A stretch of DNA of 64,000 nucleotides from Candidatus Woesearchaeota archaeon. GTDB lineage: Archaea; Nanobdellota; Nanobdellia; Woesearchaeales; ARS49. Below the pieces are notes generated by a model. The model was given only the letters and a program-made list of their open reading frames with translations, was not told where the DNA came from and did not search any database. This document shows, piece after piece, positions 55,780 to 64,000 of the stretch (position 1 is its first letter; each line of letters opens with the position of its first letter). Where the stretch lies: contig JAWADY010000002.1 in assembly GCA_038891615.1 (NCBI GenBank), positions 64,994 through 128,993 of the forward strand, given 5' to 3'. The translations under genes and the position numbers were made by a program.

Positions 55780-56280
55780 ATGGTAGTGAAGATAGACATA
55801 CCAGTTTCAATTATACGCTATGCTGGGCTTTTTCAAAAGGAAAAACTGCTTAGAACAGTTCGTGGCTGGCTTCTTTCAGAGCGCTATCTCTTTAGTGAGC
55901 CAAAGCATAAGTACAGCAGCTCTCCAACTGGTGCAACATTAGAGGTGCGGTTTGAAGGCGATAGAAAGGTAACAAGCTATGTGCGCTTCAAAATTGTTGT
56001 AGATATTCTGATTAATGAAATGAAGGATGTACAAGTTGTCAAGGATGGCATTCAAACAGTCCTTCAAGAAGGAAAAATACTTATCGAAACAAAGGGCACT
56101 TTGGAATTGGATTGGCAAAATCGTTTTGGAGGTTCAAAATTTCTTCAGGGCTTACACGACTTTTATCTAAAGTACATAATAAAGAAAAAAATTGATGAAG
56201 TATGGTGGGGAGCTCTTTATTCCAAAATATTTAAATTGAACTCAGTCATTAGAGAAGCAATAGGCTTTGAAACAGTCTGA
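55780..56280 (+). CDS. Soluble protein, paralog E
   Basis: Alignment with D and F as given above. Start lies 1 nt after the D stop. Confidence 0.55.
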   Translation: MVVKIDIPVSIIRYAGLFQKEKLLRTVRGWLLSERYLFSEPKHKYSSSPTGATLEVRFEGDRKVTSYVRFKIVVDILINEMKDVQVVKDGIQTVLQEGKILIETKGTLELDWQNRFGGSKFLQGLHDFYLKYIIKKKIDEVWWGALYSKIFKLNSVIREAIGFETV

Positions 56281-56290
56281 GGTCGCTCTG

Positions 56291-56806
56291 ATGCCAGAAC
56301 GCGAGACAATTGTTGACAAAGAACGGTTAGAGTATGAAGGACCATTTGAGCTTTCTGCTTTTTATCAGCTTCTCCAGAGCACAATTGCTGAGCTTGGTTA
56401 TGGCGTAAGGGAAAGAAAGCATTCCGAAGCGGTTTCGAAGGAAGGAAAGCTAATCTATCTTGAGCTAGAGTGTAGAAAGGTGCTATCAGAGGACTATGCT
56501 AGAGCTCTTATTCTGCTAAATGTTCAGCTTATAAATGTCAAAGACATCGTTGTTGAGGGCAAAAAATATCAGACAGGAAAGATTAGCATTGTTCTTGATG
56601 GCATCCTTGAAACAGACTATGAAGGAAGATGGGAGGAAAAGCCGCTTCTTCTCTTTCTCAGGACTCTTTATGACAAATTTATTTTTAAAACAATAACTGG
56701 TGGATACGATAGAATAATCCGAGAAGATGCAAATAGGCTGAAAGACATTGTCAGTGCATTCTTTAACATTTCTGCCTTTAGGGTGCCTCAACGTGCCTCT
56801 GCCTAA
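56291..56806 (+). CDS. Soluble protein, paralog F
   Basis: Alignment with D and E. The first in-frame ATG follows the E stop; the track's 56267 start is a TTG. Confidence 0.5.
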   Translation: MPERETIVDKERLEYEGPFELSAFYQLLQSTIAELGYGVRERKHSEAVSKEGKLIYLELECRKVLSEDYARALILLNVQLINVKDIVVEGKKYQTGKISIVLDGILETDYEGRWEEKPLLLFLRTLYDKFIFKTITGGYDRIIREDANRLKDIVSAFFNISAFRVPQRASA

Positions 56807-56875
56807 ACTCTTGGAAATGTTTTTAAACAGTTGTTTTAGAAAGCTATTCTGAGATAGAGCTGCCTAAAAGCTGAC

Positions 56876-56959
56876 GCCTCCGTAGCTCAGTAGTGGAGCG
56901 ACTGCCTTGTATCTGTGCAAGAAAGCAGTAGGTCAGGGGTGCGAATCCCCTCGGAGGCT
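56876..56959 (+). tRNA. tRNA-Thr (anticodon UGU) with a 12-nt intron after position 37
   Basis: Acceptor GCCTCCG/CGGAGGC, D-arm GCTC-AGTAGTG-GAGC, anticodon stem ACTGC/GCAGT with loop CTTGTA[TCTGTGCAAGAA]A, T-arm AGGGG-TGCGAAT-CCCCT. 84 nt against 72 without the intron. Confidence 0.55.
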
Positions 56960-57058
56960 TCATTCTTATTTAACCAGCCGCAGGAAAACTTCATATTCTC
57001 TTTAAGCTTTGCTAAGCTTTCAAAATGTTTATATAACAAAAGAGGTGCTCAATATTTT

Positions 57059-57712
57059 ATGGAAACAAGCAAATGCGGCAGGTTTATTGTTCTTGATGGC
57101 ATTGATGGTTCTGGAAAGAGCATGCAAGCAAAGGCACTCGCTTGTTACCTTTTTGACAAATCAAAAGAGTACAATGTCCTTCTCACGCGCGAGCCTTTTA
57201 ATTCAGACTATTGTGCTGAAATTCGTAGGCTACTCAAGGAAGGAAAAACTCCTTATGAAAACGCCGAGAAGCTCACAGAACTTTTTGTTGCTGACAGAAA
57301 ACTTCATGCTGGCCTGATAGCAAAGTGCCTTTCTGCAGGCGTTCATGTTGTGTCGGACAGGTATAAGTATTCAACCTTTGCGTACCAACAAGCGCAAGGC
57401 TTAAACCTAGACCGCCTGATTGAAATGCACGCTTCTTTGCTTGTTCCTGACATTGCAATAATTATTGATATTCCTGCCAAAGTTGCACTCGAGCGCATCA
57501 AGGACAGCCCTAAAAGGTCATATTACGAGGTTTTTGAAGCTCTTTCCTTTCAAGAGGTCCTACGGCAGAACTTTCTATCACTTCGCAAGAGCTTACCAAA
57601 TGAGCGGATTGTGATTATTGATGGAAACAAGCCTGCAGTTGAGGTCTTTGAATCGATAAGGAAGGAAGTGGACAAGCTGTATGGCTCTTGTGGTCAAAAG
57701 AAACTTTTATAA
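57059..57712 (+). CDS. tmk: Thymidylate kinase
   Basis: FIVLDGIDGSGKS P-loop, DRY motif (SDRYKYS), lid region. Start chosen at the ATG downstream of the tRNA; the track ORF 56915 would overlap the tRNA. Confidence 0.75.
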   Translation: METSKCGRFIVLDGIDGSGKSMQAKALACYLFDKSKEYNVLLTREPFNSDYCAEIRRLLKEGKTPYENAEKLTELFVADRKLHAGLIAKCLSAGVHVVSDRYKYSTFAYQQAQGLNLDRLIEMHASLLVPDIAIIIDIPAKVALERIKDSPKRSYYEVFEALSFQEVLRQNFLSLRKSLPNERIVIIDGNKPAVEVFESIRKEVDKLYGSCGQKKLL

Positions 57713-57791
57713 AAAAGCTATTGCTTCGTTGCTTAAAAGAGGAAAATACTTTTGTTTGTCAAAAAGAACTACTGATGCGAACAGTGTCTGA

Positions 57792-58286
57792 TTGGTTGAG
57801 GTGATTGTGATGGAAATAAAAGAAGCCTATGAACGCTTGCGAAAACGTTATCCTGAACTCCCTCCATTCCAACAGCTTGATTTTGAATTTGAGCTTTCAA
57901 CGATTGAAAAGGAGAGATTTGAAGAGCCTTTCATTCTTAGGCTTATCTGCAGTAGGATAAGCGAAAAAGTAAGCCCGCTGAAGGATTTTTTTGATCAGCT
58001 CCTTCAGCCAGAAGCTACATCCTTTAGCAGCATCTACGAATCACGCTGTTTCACAGAAGCTGAGAAACATGAAATTCTCGATGTCTACAAAAAATATATG
58101 CTTTTTGTCAGAGCACTTGATGAAGCCCTTCTTATGCTCGATGATAAAAAATATGTGGAAGTCGTTAAACTCTCCTTGTCAGAGTGGCCTGATGTGAGAA
58201 AAGCAGTCCTACCTTTTCTGAAGAAGCTTCGTGAATGCTGGAAGACGCCGTTTGAAAAGAAAAGAATTCTTGAATATCTTGGTTAA
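57792..58286 (+). CDS. Hypothetical protein (about 160 aa)
   Basis: Coding-like composition, no family recognised. Confidence 0.35.
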   Translation: MVEVIVMEIKEAYERLRKRYPELPPFQQLDFEFELSTIEKERFEEPFILRLICSRISEKVSPLKDFFDQLLQPEATSFSSIYESRCFTEAEKHEILDVYKKYMLFVRALDEALLMLDDKKYVEVVKLSLSEWPDVRKAVLPFLKKLRECWKTPFEKKRILEYLG

Positions 58287-58294
58287 ACTTGCGC

Positions 58295-58930
58295 ATGAAA
58301 ATAATCTTGTTCGGTCCACAAGGCTCTGGAAAAGGAACGCAGGGCAGACTCCTTAGTCAAGCTTTTGGTATTCCACATATTGATGTTGGAGAGCTTTTGC
58401 GCAAGGAACTTGAAAAGGGAACAGAGCTTGGCATGCGGGCAAAGAAAGTTCTTGAGCATGGAGGCTTTGTAGAGGATGGTGAGATTTTCAAACTTGTGAA
58501 GTCAAAGCTGTTAAGCAGCGAGTCCGAAAAAGGGTGGATTCTTGATGGTTTTCCAAGGACGCTAGAACAGGCAGACTTTCTTGAACAGGTTGCAAAACCT
58601 GATATTGCTATACTTTTGAAGATTCCTGACCGTATTGCAATCAAAAGACTTTCCAGCAGAAGACAATGCCCAAAGTGCGGAAGGGTATACGGCTTAGATA
58701 TTCCCCCAAAAAAGCGAGGGAGGTGTGATGAGTGCGGGGAAAGACTTCTTAGGCGCAAGGATGACAGTCCTGCAGCAATAAGAAAGCGGCTTAGACTTTA
58801 TCACAAAGTTACAGAACCAATACTTAGGCGTTACAAGAAGCAAAGGCTTGTTTACGAAGTTGATGCCTCAGGGGCTATTGAAGAAGTTTTTAAGGAGCTT
58901 TGTTCTGTTGTTAGAGAGTTCTCTGAGTAA
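58295..58930 (+). CDS. adk: Adenylate kinase (long form with Zn-binding lid)
   Basis: IILFGPQGSGKGTQ P-loop, lid CPKCGRVYG...CDECG, NMP-binding region. Confidence 0.85.
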   Translation: MKIILFGPQGSGKGTQGRLLSQAFGIPHIDVGELLRKELEKGTELGMRAKKVLEHGGFVEDGEIFKLVKSKLLSSESEKGWILDGFPRTLEQADFLEQVAKPDIAILLKIPDRIAIKRLSSRRQCPKCGRVYGLDIPPKKRGRCDECGERLLRRKDDSPAAIRKRLRLYHKVTEPILRRYKKQRLVYEVDASGAIEEVFKELCSVVREFSE

Positions 58931-59895
58931 CGATAAAATTTATTATTAAAGAGTTGCCTAATAAACTCTGTTGCGTAGCTTCCTTTTGGAAGGTCAAAAT
59001 TTAGCTGTAACTTCTTTTTGCCAGGATTAAGCTCGTCTGGTTTTGGCCCTTGAACCACAAGCCCCTGCGCTTCTATCCAAACTTTCCGTGTGCTTCCTTC
59101 ACAGCTTAGCTCTGGGAATTGCTTGATTATAAAATCCTTTGTTGTCAGACTCTCCCTTTTCAAAATGTTCTTTACAAGTGGCTCTTCTGAAGTATCAAAG
59201 CCAATTATTGGAAGTACGGCTTCAGGTTCAATGTCTTGTGCCTGCCTTAAATATTCTTTTGCCATCTCATTCCACAGCCAGCTTTGGTAGCTTGCCACAA
59301 AAAACTTTAACAGCTTTAGATGCACTTGCTTGAGAGCACCAATTGGATCAGAAGGAACTTCTTTTAACCGCTGCTTAACAGCAGGGTATTTTTTAGCAGC
59401 AAGTTCAGCAGCCTTTGCCCATTCTTGATGTAGAATTGCCCTACCTATTTCGAGTCCGTCGCCCCTAAACCTTTGCTCCCCGAAAAAGTTCACAAAGTAC
59501 TTTTTTATCTCCGGCATAGAATCAATGCCGCGCACAACAATTTCAAACCGATTTCCAACATTGCTTCCAAGCGAGATTGGTTTTTTTCCCCGACCAAGAA
59601 AGGTTAGCTCGATGCCCTGGCCTAATAATCTGGCTCCAACTTTTTCCAATCTTTCTTTTCCTATTCCTTTAACAGAACAAATCTGCTCTGTGATTGCTCT
59701 TTTATCTTTATTTCCAGCCCATCCAAACATGCGAAGCCGAAGCCCTAGCTTTTCAGCAATCACCTGCAACGCCTTGAGGGTTGTCCAATTCCTCTTTTTC
59801 AACACAAAGTATGCAAATTTACCATCCTTTTTTGGCTTAAGGTTCATAAGTTCTTTTACTACAAAGTCCTCTGGAATTTGCTTTAATTTGAACAT
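58852..59895 (-). CDS. truD: tRNA pseudouridine synthase TruD/Pus7-like
   Basis: N-terminal KQIPEDFVVKE and catalytic GNKDKRAITEQ (GxKDxxA). 347 aa. Confidence 0.65.
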   Translation of the reverse strand: MFKLKQIPEDFVVKELMNLKPKKDGKFAYFVLKKRNWTTLKALQVIAEKLGLRLRMFGWAGNKDKRAITEQICSVKGIGKERLEKVGARLLGQGIELTFLGRGKKPISLGSNVGNRFEIVVRGIDSMPEIKKYFVNFFGEQRFRGDGLEIGRAILHQEWAKAAELAAKKYPAVKQRLKEVPSDPIGALKQVHLKLLKFFVASYQSWLWNEMAKEYLRQAQDIEPEAVLPIIGFDTSEEPLVKNILKRESLTTKDFIIKQFPELSCEGSTRKVWIEAQGLVVQGPKPDELNPGKKKLQLNFDLPKGSYATEFIRQLFNNKFYRYSENSLTTEQSSLKTSSIAPEASTS

Positions 59896-59927
59896 GATGC
59901 TCCCTCTCGAATGTAATTAAAGGCAAA

Positions 59928-60032
59928 CGCGCCCGGGAGGATTTGAACCCCCGATCTCCAGGTTAGGAACCTGTCGCTCTATTTGTCCGAGCAGAAAAGT
60001 GCTTTCTGCCCACCAGACTGAGCTACGGGCGC
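59928..60032 (-). tRNA. tRNA-Arg (anticodon CCU) with a roughly 31-nt non-canonical intron in the D-loop
   Basis: Reverse complement: GCGCCCG-TA-GCTC-AGTCTGGT[GGGCAGAAAGCACTTTTCTGCTCGGACAAAT]A-GAGC-G-ACAGG-TTCCTAA-CCTGG-AGATC-GGGGG-TTCAAAT-CCTCC-CGGGCGC-G. All arms pair. The insert folds as hairpin GCAGAAAG/CTTTTCTGC. Confidence 0.65.
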
Positions 60033-60112
60033 ATTGAAAGGAAAGCTCTTTTAGTGTTTTTAAATATTCTCACCAGCTGTCAGTGCCTTCTTAGCCCTTG
60101 CCAAATAGCTGC

Positions 60113-61969
60113 TCAAGATGAGCTGCCAAGCATTCTTTTCAAAAGCTCTGCAATCTTTTGGCCAGGTGCCTTTCCTCGAAGCTTTGACATAGCAATGCCC
60201 ATTACAGCATTGAAACCAAGTCCTGCCTTTTCAGCAACAAGCGCCTTTAGTTCCTTTTCCAATTCCTTTTCAGAAAGCTGCCTAAACTGGCCAAGCACTT
60301 CTTTAACAGGCTTTGCGGTTGCAAGGATTGGCAAAATGGCTTCTTTTGAAATCTCGCCCTTCTCAAGCGCAGAGAAAATGCTTTCAAAATCCTCTTCGCT
60401 AAGCCAAATCTCAAGATTGAACTCTGCTTTAACCTTCTTTTCAACCGTCATGAGCAGCTCAGCTATGTATGCTGGCTTGAGGGTTTTGAACTTATTAACA
60501 AACCTTTCAAAAATGTCTATACGGTCACTTTTTGCAACTAACTCAGCAAGGTCTTTTGAAAGTCCGAGCTTTCTATACCTTGCAATCTTTTGTTCAATGA
60601 GCTCCGGAAGGGCTATGCCGGAAAGCATCTCTTTTGTAATTGTGATAGGAGGAATGTCTGTTTCTGGATACATTCGCGCAGCCCCTGGCATAGGTCTAAG
60701 GTAGCTTGTGCTTCCATCAGCATTTGCTTTTCTAACTTCTTTCGGAACCCCTTCAAAAGCCTCAAGCGCACGTTGTCTTACAGCCTCCAGCGCAGAGAAC
60801 GCCTGTTGCCTATGACCTGCTACGACAATCACAAAGCCATCTCCTTTCCCGCATCCAAGAGCTTTTGCAACCTTTGCCTTTTCCTCACTGCTTATACCAT
60901 ATCCAGGCAATTCGTCCGAATGCAGTATTCCTCCAACCCCTGCTGCAACAGCAGCCCTTTCTGAAAGTTCTGTTCCAAAACGCCTGCCAGGTTGAAGCTC
61001 CTTGCCAAAAATTCCTTCAAACAATGGCAACTTAAGTGCAAAAGCGCTTCCATTGCTTTGAATTGTTGACTGAATGAGCTTTGATTTTGTGCCTTCCAAC
61101 AATGCTCTGACATCGACAGGTACGACCTTTTTGATTGCCTCTGCCTTTGCGCCCCTTAACTTAAGTTCATCCTTAATAGCAAGCAGACCAAGTTGGCGTC
61201 TTACTTCGTTCTCAACAAGCACAGGTATCATCCCAAGTTCCTGGCATCCTTTTATCTCTATTCTCTCACCACCAGTTATGGAAACATTTACATCCTGCCT
61301 TATTGTCCCAATCCCGCGCTTTACACTTCCTGTGCTCCTAAGTAGCAGCCCTAGTTTCTCAGCAGCCTCTTTTGCCTGTTCTGGACTTTTTATGTCAGCT
61401 GCGGTTCCTATCTCAATCAAAGGGATGCCGAGCCTGTCAAGCCTATAAATGATATGCTTGTGACCTCTTTCCTCTTTTATTATCCTCGCAGAATCCTCTT
61501 CTAAGCAAATTGTTTTTATTCCAATCCTTCCTTGGCTTGTTTCAATCTCGCCATCGAGTCCAACAAGAGCTGTTCTTTGGAAGCCTGTCGTGTTTGAGCC
61601 GTCAATAACAATCTTTCTCATCACCCTAACTTGGTCAACAGGTCTTGCCTTTAAAAGAAGGCTTACTTGCAGTGCAGTTCTAAGAGCAGTTTCATTAAAG
61701 CTTTCCGGAGGGCTCTCATCAAGTTCAACCAGGCAACTGACATCTCTATGCACTTCGTAGATAAAGCTTAACCCTTTCATTTGCTCAGCAAGTGCCGCGA
61801 GGTCAACTTCTCCAACCTCTCCTGGCAGGGCCCTAAGCTTTCGCAAAATTGTGAAGTCAGGGCTGCTTTCTTTAATTATTGTAGGGCATTTACAAAACAG
61901 TTTTTTGCCTTCGAGCTGTTGATGGACCTCAAGCCCTACCCTAAGACCAAGCTTTGAATAGTCTGCCAT
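60113..61969 (-). CDS. gatE: Glutamyl-tRNA(Gln) amidotransferase subunit E
   Basis: N-terminus MADYSKLGLRVGLEVHQQL (GatB/E family start). 618 aa with insertion domain characteristic of archaeal GatE. GatD is encoded nearby. Confidence 0.85.
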   Translation of the reverse strand: MADYSKLGLRVGLEVHQQLEGKKLFCKCPTIIKESSPDFTILRKLRALPGEVGEVDLAALAEQMKGLSFIYEVHRDVSCLVELDESPPESFNETALRTALQVSLLLKARPVDQVRVMRKIVIDGSNTTGFQRTALVGLDGEIETSQGRIGIKTICLEEDSARIIKEERGHKHIIYRLDRLGIPLIEIGTAADIKSPEQAKEAAEKLGLLLRSTGSVKRGIGTIRQDVNVSITGGERIEIKGCQELGMIPVLVENEVRRQLGLLAIKDELKLRGAKAEAIKKVVPVDVRALLEGTKSKLIQSTIQSNGSAFALKLPLFEGIFGKELQPGRRFGTELSERAAVAAGVGGILHSDELPGYGISSEEKAKVAKALGCGKGDGFVIVVAGHRQQAFSALEAVRQRALEAFEGVPKEVRKANADGSTSYLRPMPGAARMYPETDIPPITITKEMLSGIALPELIEQKIARYRKLGLSKDLAELVAKSDRIDIFERFVNKFKTLKPAYIAELLMTVEKKVKAEFNLEIWLSEEDFESIFSALEKGEISKEAILPILATAKPVKEVLGQFRQLSEKELEKELKALVAEKAGLGFNAVMGIAMSKLRGKAPGQKIAELLKRMLGSSS

Positions 61970-62085
61970 ATTAGCTAACCTTCAAACAGGGCGCTCATTC
62001 ACTTCTTGAAATTCCTTGGCTATAAAAAGCTGATGCCGCAAGCTTTTTAAGCACAGCATTTTTAGCTATTAAAAAGAGGGAAATA

Positions 62086-62475
62086 ATGGTTTTTATTTCG
62101 TCGTTTGGTGTGGCAGAGGCGCTTTGGCTAGCGTTTATGGCTCTTATTGGAACTCTGCTTCTTATGCTGACTGCAAAGGTGTTTAAGCTCAACGCGAGCT
62201 TTGAGCAGGCACTCCCTGTTTCTATTCTCTCATTTGCTATTGTTTGGGTTGCAGCACTTCTTTTTTCACAACTTGACTTACTTGGTGTTGTGCTAAGCTG
62301 GTTTACAAGTGTAGTAAGTAGCATATTACTGGTCAAGTGGAGATACAAGCTTGGCTTAGGCTGGTCTGCCGCAGTATGGCTTGTTTGGGCAATGCTAAGT
62401 TTTGTTGTTGGATTTGCGCTCGGACTTATAGCACCAATTTTCTTTCCAAAATCTTTCTTAGTGCAGCCACTTTAA
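62086..62475 (+). CDS. Hypothetical membrane protein (129 aa, 4 TM)
   Basis: Continuous hydrophobic helices. No family assigned. Confidence 0.4.
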   Translation: MVFISSFGVAEALWLAFMALIGTLLLMLTAKVFKLNASFEQALPVSILSFAIVWVAALLFSQLDLLGVVLSWFTSVVSSILLVKWRYKLGLGWSAAVWLVWAMLSFVVGFALGLIAPIFFPKSFLVQPL

Positions 62476-62822
62476 TCCTTATTCCTGCTGATAAGAGCGA
62501 TGAGTGAAGCAACAATCGTTAGCCCCAGAATCGATTCAAGAAAAGTTTTCACAACTTCTGTACTGCCATATTTGCTGTACAATATATAAGCCGCTCCAAA
62601 CCCAACAAAAAGGGGTATTGGGAGGTATTTACGAGTCAGCTTCTCAAAATATCCTCTCTTCAATCTCGCCTTGTATTGCTGAAGCTTGATTTTCTCAGCA
62701 AGCTTTGGATTCTTTTCAAGAGCTTTTTTTATTGCTGCTTCCCACTCTTGACTCATTTCGTTTTTGGAAAAAAGCAACAAATATAAAATTTTTGTGGATG
62801 TTTTTTGTCTCAACGCTTCCAA
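62472..62822 (-). CDS. Hypothetical membrane protein (116 aa, 2 C-terminal TM)
   Basis: Amphipathic basic N-terminus, then two TM helices. Confidence 0.4.
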   Translation of the reverse strand: MEALRQKTSTKILYLLLFSKNEMSQEWEAAIKKALEKNPKLAEKIKLQQYKARLKRGYFEKLTRKYLPIPLFVGFGAAYILYSKYGSTEVVKTFLESILGLTIVASLIALISRNKD

Positions 62823-63043
62823 ACAACAGCTCCCCTTTTATGGACCTCCTTCACCCTGTGCAAAGGTATTTCAGCTTCTTTGCCTTCACGCTCAATCACA
62901 ACAAAATTTCCCTCAATGCGCTTGATTGAAGTATATGGAAGCTCAACAAGCCTGCCAAGGTCGATGAAGCAAAAAGAGTACTCCTCAGGCCTTTCCTTTG
63001 GGTCCCACTTGATTTTATTAAAAAGTTCTTTTATTGTTTTCAT
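62810..63043 (-). CDS. Small conserved protein (77 aa), possibly RNA-binding/DUF504-like
   Basis: Compact beta-rich sequence (YSFCFIDLGRLVELPYTSIKRIEGNFVVIEREGKEAEIPLHRV). Start overlaps the upstream gene. Confidence 0.35.
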   Translation of the reverse strand: MKTIKELFNKIKWDPKERPEEYSFCFIDLGRLVELPYTSIKRIEGNFVVIEREGKEAEIPLHRVKEVHKRGAVVWKR

Positions 63044-63083
63044 GAGTGCTTATCTTAGCAAAATCACATAGGTGCAACGCTTT

Positions 63084-64000
63084 CTAATCTATTTTTTCAA
63101 GCCTTTCTGAGACTTCCCCAACAATGCTTTTTTGAAAAAGCTCTTCTATCATATCCTTTGGATAGTTTGAGAGCAACCATGCAAGCTTAACAAAAGCAGT
63201 CTCTGGGCTCATATCTGTGTGATTACCAATAACCCCGAGCTTCTGGAGTCTTCGTCCTGTTGAATAGACATCAAGGTCTATTCTACCATAAATTGTTTGA
63301 GAAGCCATTGCCACAACAGTACCAGAGCTCACAAGCCTTGAAATTGCCTCTGCAATCTTTGAGTGTTCTTTCGTTGCAACATCGCTCTCATTTATTGGTG
63401 CATGGCCAAGACCCGTGCCTTCAATGACAAGTCCATCATAGCCCTTGAAGGCAAGAAACTCCTCAGCAGACATGTTTGGATGAACTTTCAGCAGCCCAAC
63501 TTTTACAGCCTCGTTTATATATGTTAGCTTTGGTTCACGCTTTGACCTTCTCTCATAGTCTTCTCTCAAAAATTCAATTTTTCGTGATGAAAAATCTACC
63601 TTTGCCCACGGAATTGTTCCAATTGCCTTAAAGGCATCCCTTCTGCTTGAGTGCATCTTTCTACATTTAGTTGCTGGAAGCACAATACAACTTTTGTCTT
63701 CAATGCTTTCGTGCATGCAGACAACCACGCCTGCGAAATCCGCTCTTGCAGCAAAAAGGCAGGCAGAGAGAAGGTTTAGTGCTGCATCAGTAGATGGTCT
63801 ATCAGAGCTTCTTTGGCTGCCAACTAGAACAACAGGAATTGGTAAGTTCTGAAGCATGAATGAAAGCGCTGCAGAAGTGTAGTGCAGTGTGTCAGTGCCA
63901 TGGGTTATCACTATTCCCCGTGCACCAGCCTTTATTTCTTTTACAATTTCCTGAGCAAGAATGTTCCAGTGATGAAAACGCATGTCCTCTGAAAAGATGT
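63084..64000 (-). CDS. gatD: Glutamyl-tRNA(Gln) amidotransferase subunit D (asparaginase-like), N-terminus beyond window edge
   Basis: VITHGTDTL threonine-type asparaginase motif, HGTDTLHYTSAALSF. The visible 299 aa start inside the asparaginase domain, so the gene probably extends upstream past position 64000. Confidence 0.8.
   Translation of the reverse strand, partial: IFSEDMRFHHWNILAQEIVKEIKAGARGIVITHGTDTLHYTSAALSFMLQNLPIPVVLVGSQRSSDRPSTDAALNLLSACLFAARADFAGVVVCMHESIEDKSCIVLPATKCRKMHSSRRDAFKAIGTIPWAKVDFSSRKIEFLREDYERRSKREPKLTYINEAVKVGLLKVHPNMSAEEFLAFKGYDGLVIEGTGLGHAPINESDVATKEHSKIAEAISRLVSSGTVVAMASQTIYGRIDLDVYSTGRRLQKLGVIGNHTDMSPETAFVKLAWLLSNYPKDMIEELFQKSIVGEVSERLEKID

Noticed and set aside
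56915-57058. N-terminal extension of the tmk ORF as given in the six-frame track
   Set aside because: It would be translated straight through the tRNA-Thr gene. The P-loop-proximal ATG at 57059 gives a normal-length thymidylate kinase.
60054-61448. Plus-strand ORFs (124-216 aa, Ser/Phe-rich) across the gatE locus
   Set aside because: Antisense shadow ORFs of a full-length, motif-bearing GatE.
1-64000. Search for CRISPR arrays, transposases, integrases or a prophage
   Set aside because: No short regularly spaced direct repeats, no DDE/serine/tyrosine recombinase motifs, no terminal inverted repeats. The tRNA genes are not flanked by integrase-like ORFs.

Overview
Archaeal chromosomal segment, probably from a small-genome, DPANN-like archaeon; the lineage is inference only. 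The archaeal call rests on RadA+RadB, RPA, the RFC large subunit, GatD/GatE, archaeal-type GlyRS, aMBF1, ribosomal protein uS2, TATA-like promoters, GAGGTG Shine-Dalgarno sites and intron-containing tRNAs. Housekeeping genes (CysRS, a ValRS-like class Ia synthetase, GlyRS, AsnRS, AspRS, GatDE, Adk, Tmk, TruD, YchF, an ABC transporter, Mre11-like, DHH phosphoesterase, three tRNAs) are interleaved with a large accessory surface/appendage component. That component comprises (i) a 1826-aa membrane-anchored surface protein with thrombospondin-type-3 Ca-binding repeats (one 258-bp unit freshly duplicated in tandem), four Cys-rich modules and a long cytoplasmic tail; (ii) two clusters totalling about 17 genes whose products carry N-terminal class-III (type IV pilin-like) signal peptides of the [KR][GA]|Q kind, many translationally coupled; (iii) a distant, oversized FlaI/PilB-like ATPase plus FlaJ/TadC-like platform pair flanked by two coiled-coil proteins; (iv) an uncharacterised six-gene cassette of three tandem paralogous membrane proteins followed by three tandem paralogous soluble proteins. 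Smaller items: a tRNA-Arg(CCU) with a roughly 31-nt intron in the D-loop, a tRNA-Thr(UGU) with a 12-nt anticodon-loop intron, a 77-aa K/R-rich protein built from a perfect internal duplication, and a possible PC4-like ssDNA-binding protein between RPA and RadA. No CRISPR array, transposase or integrase was seen.
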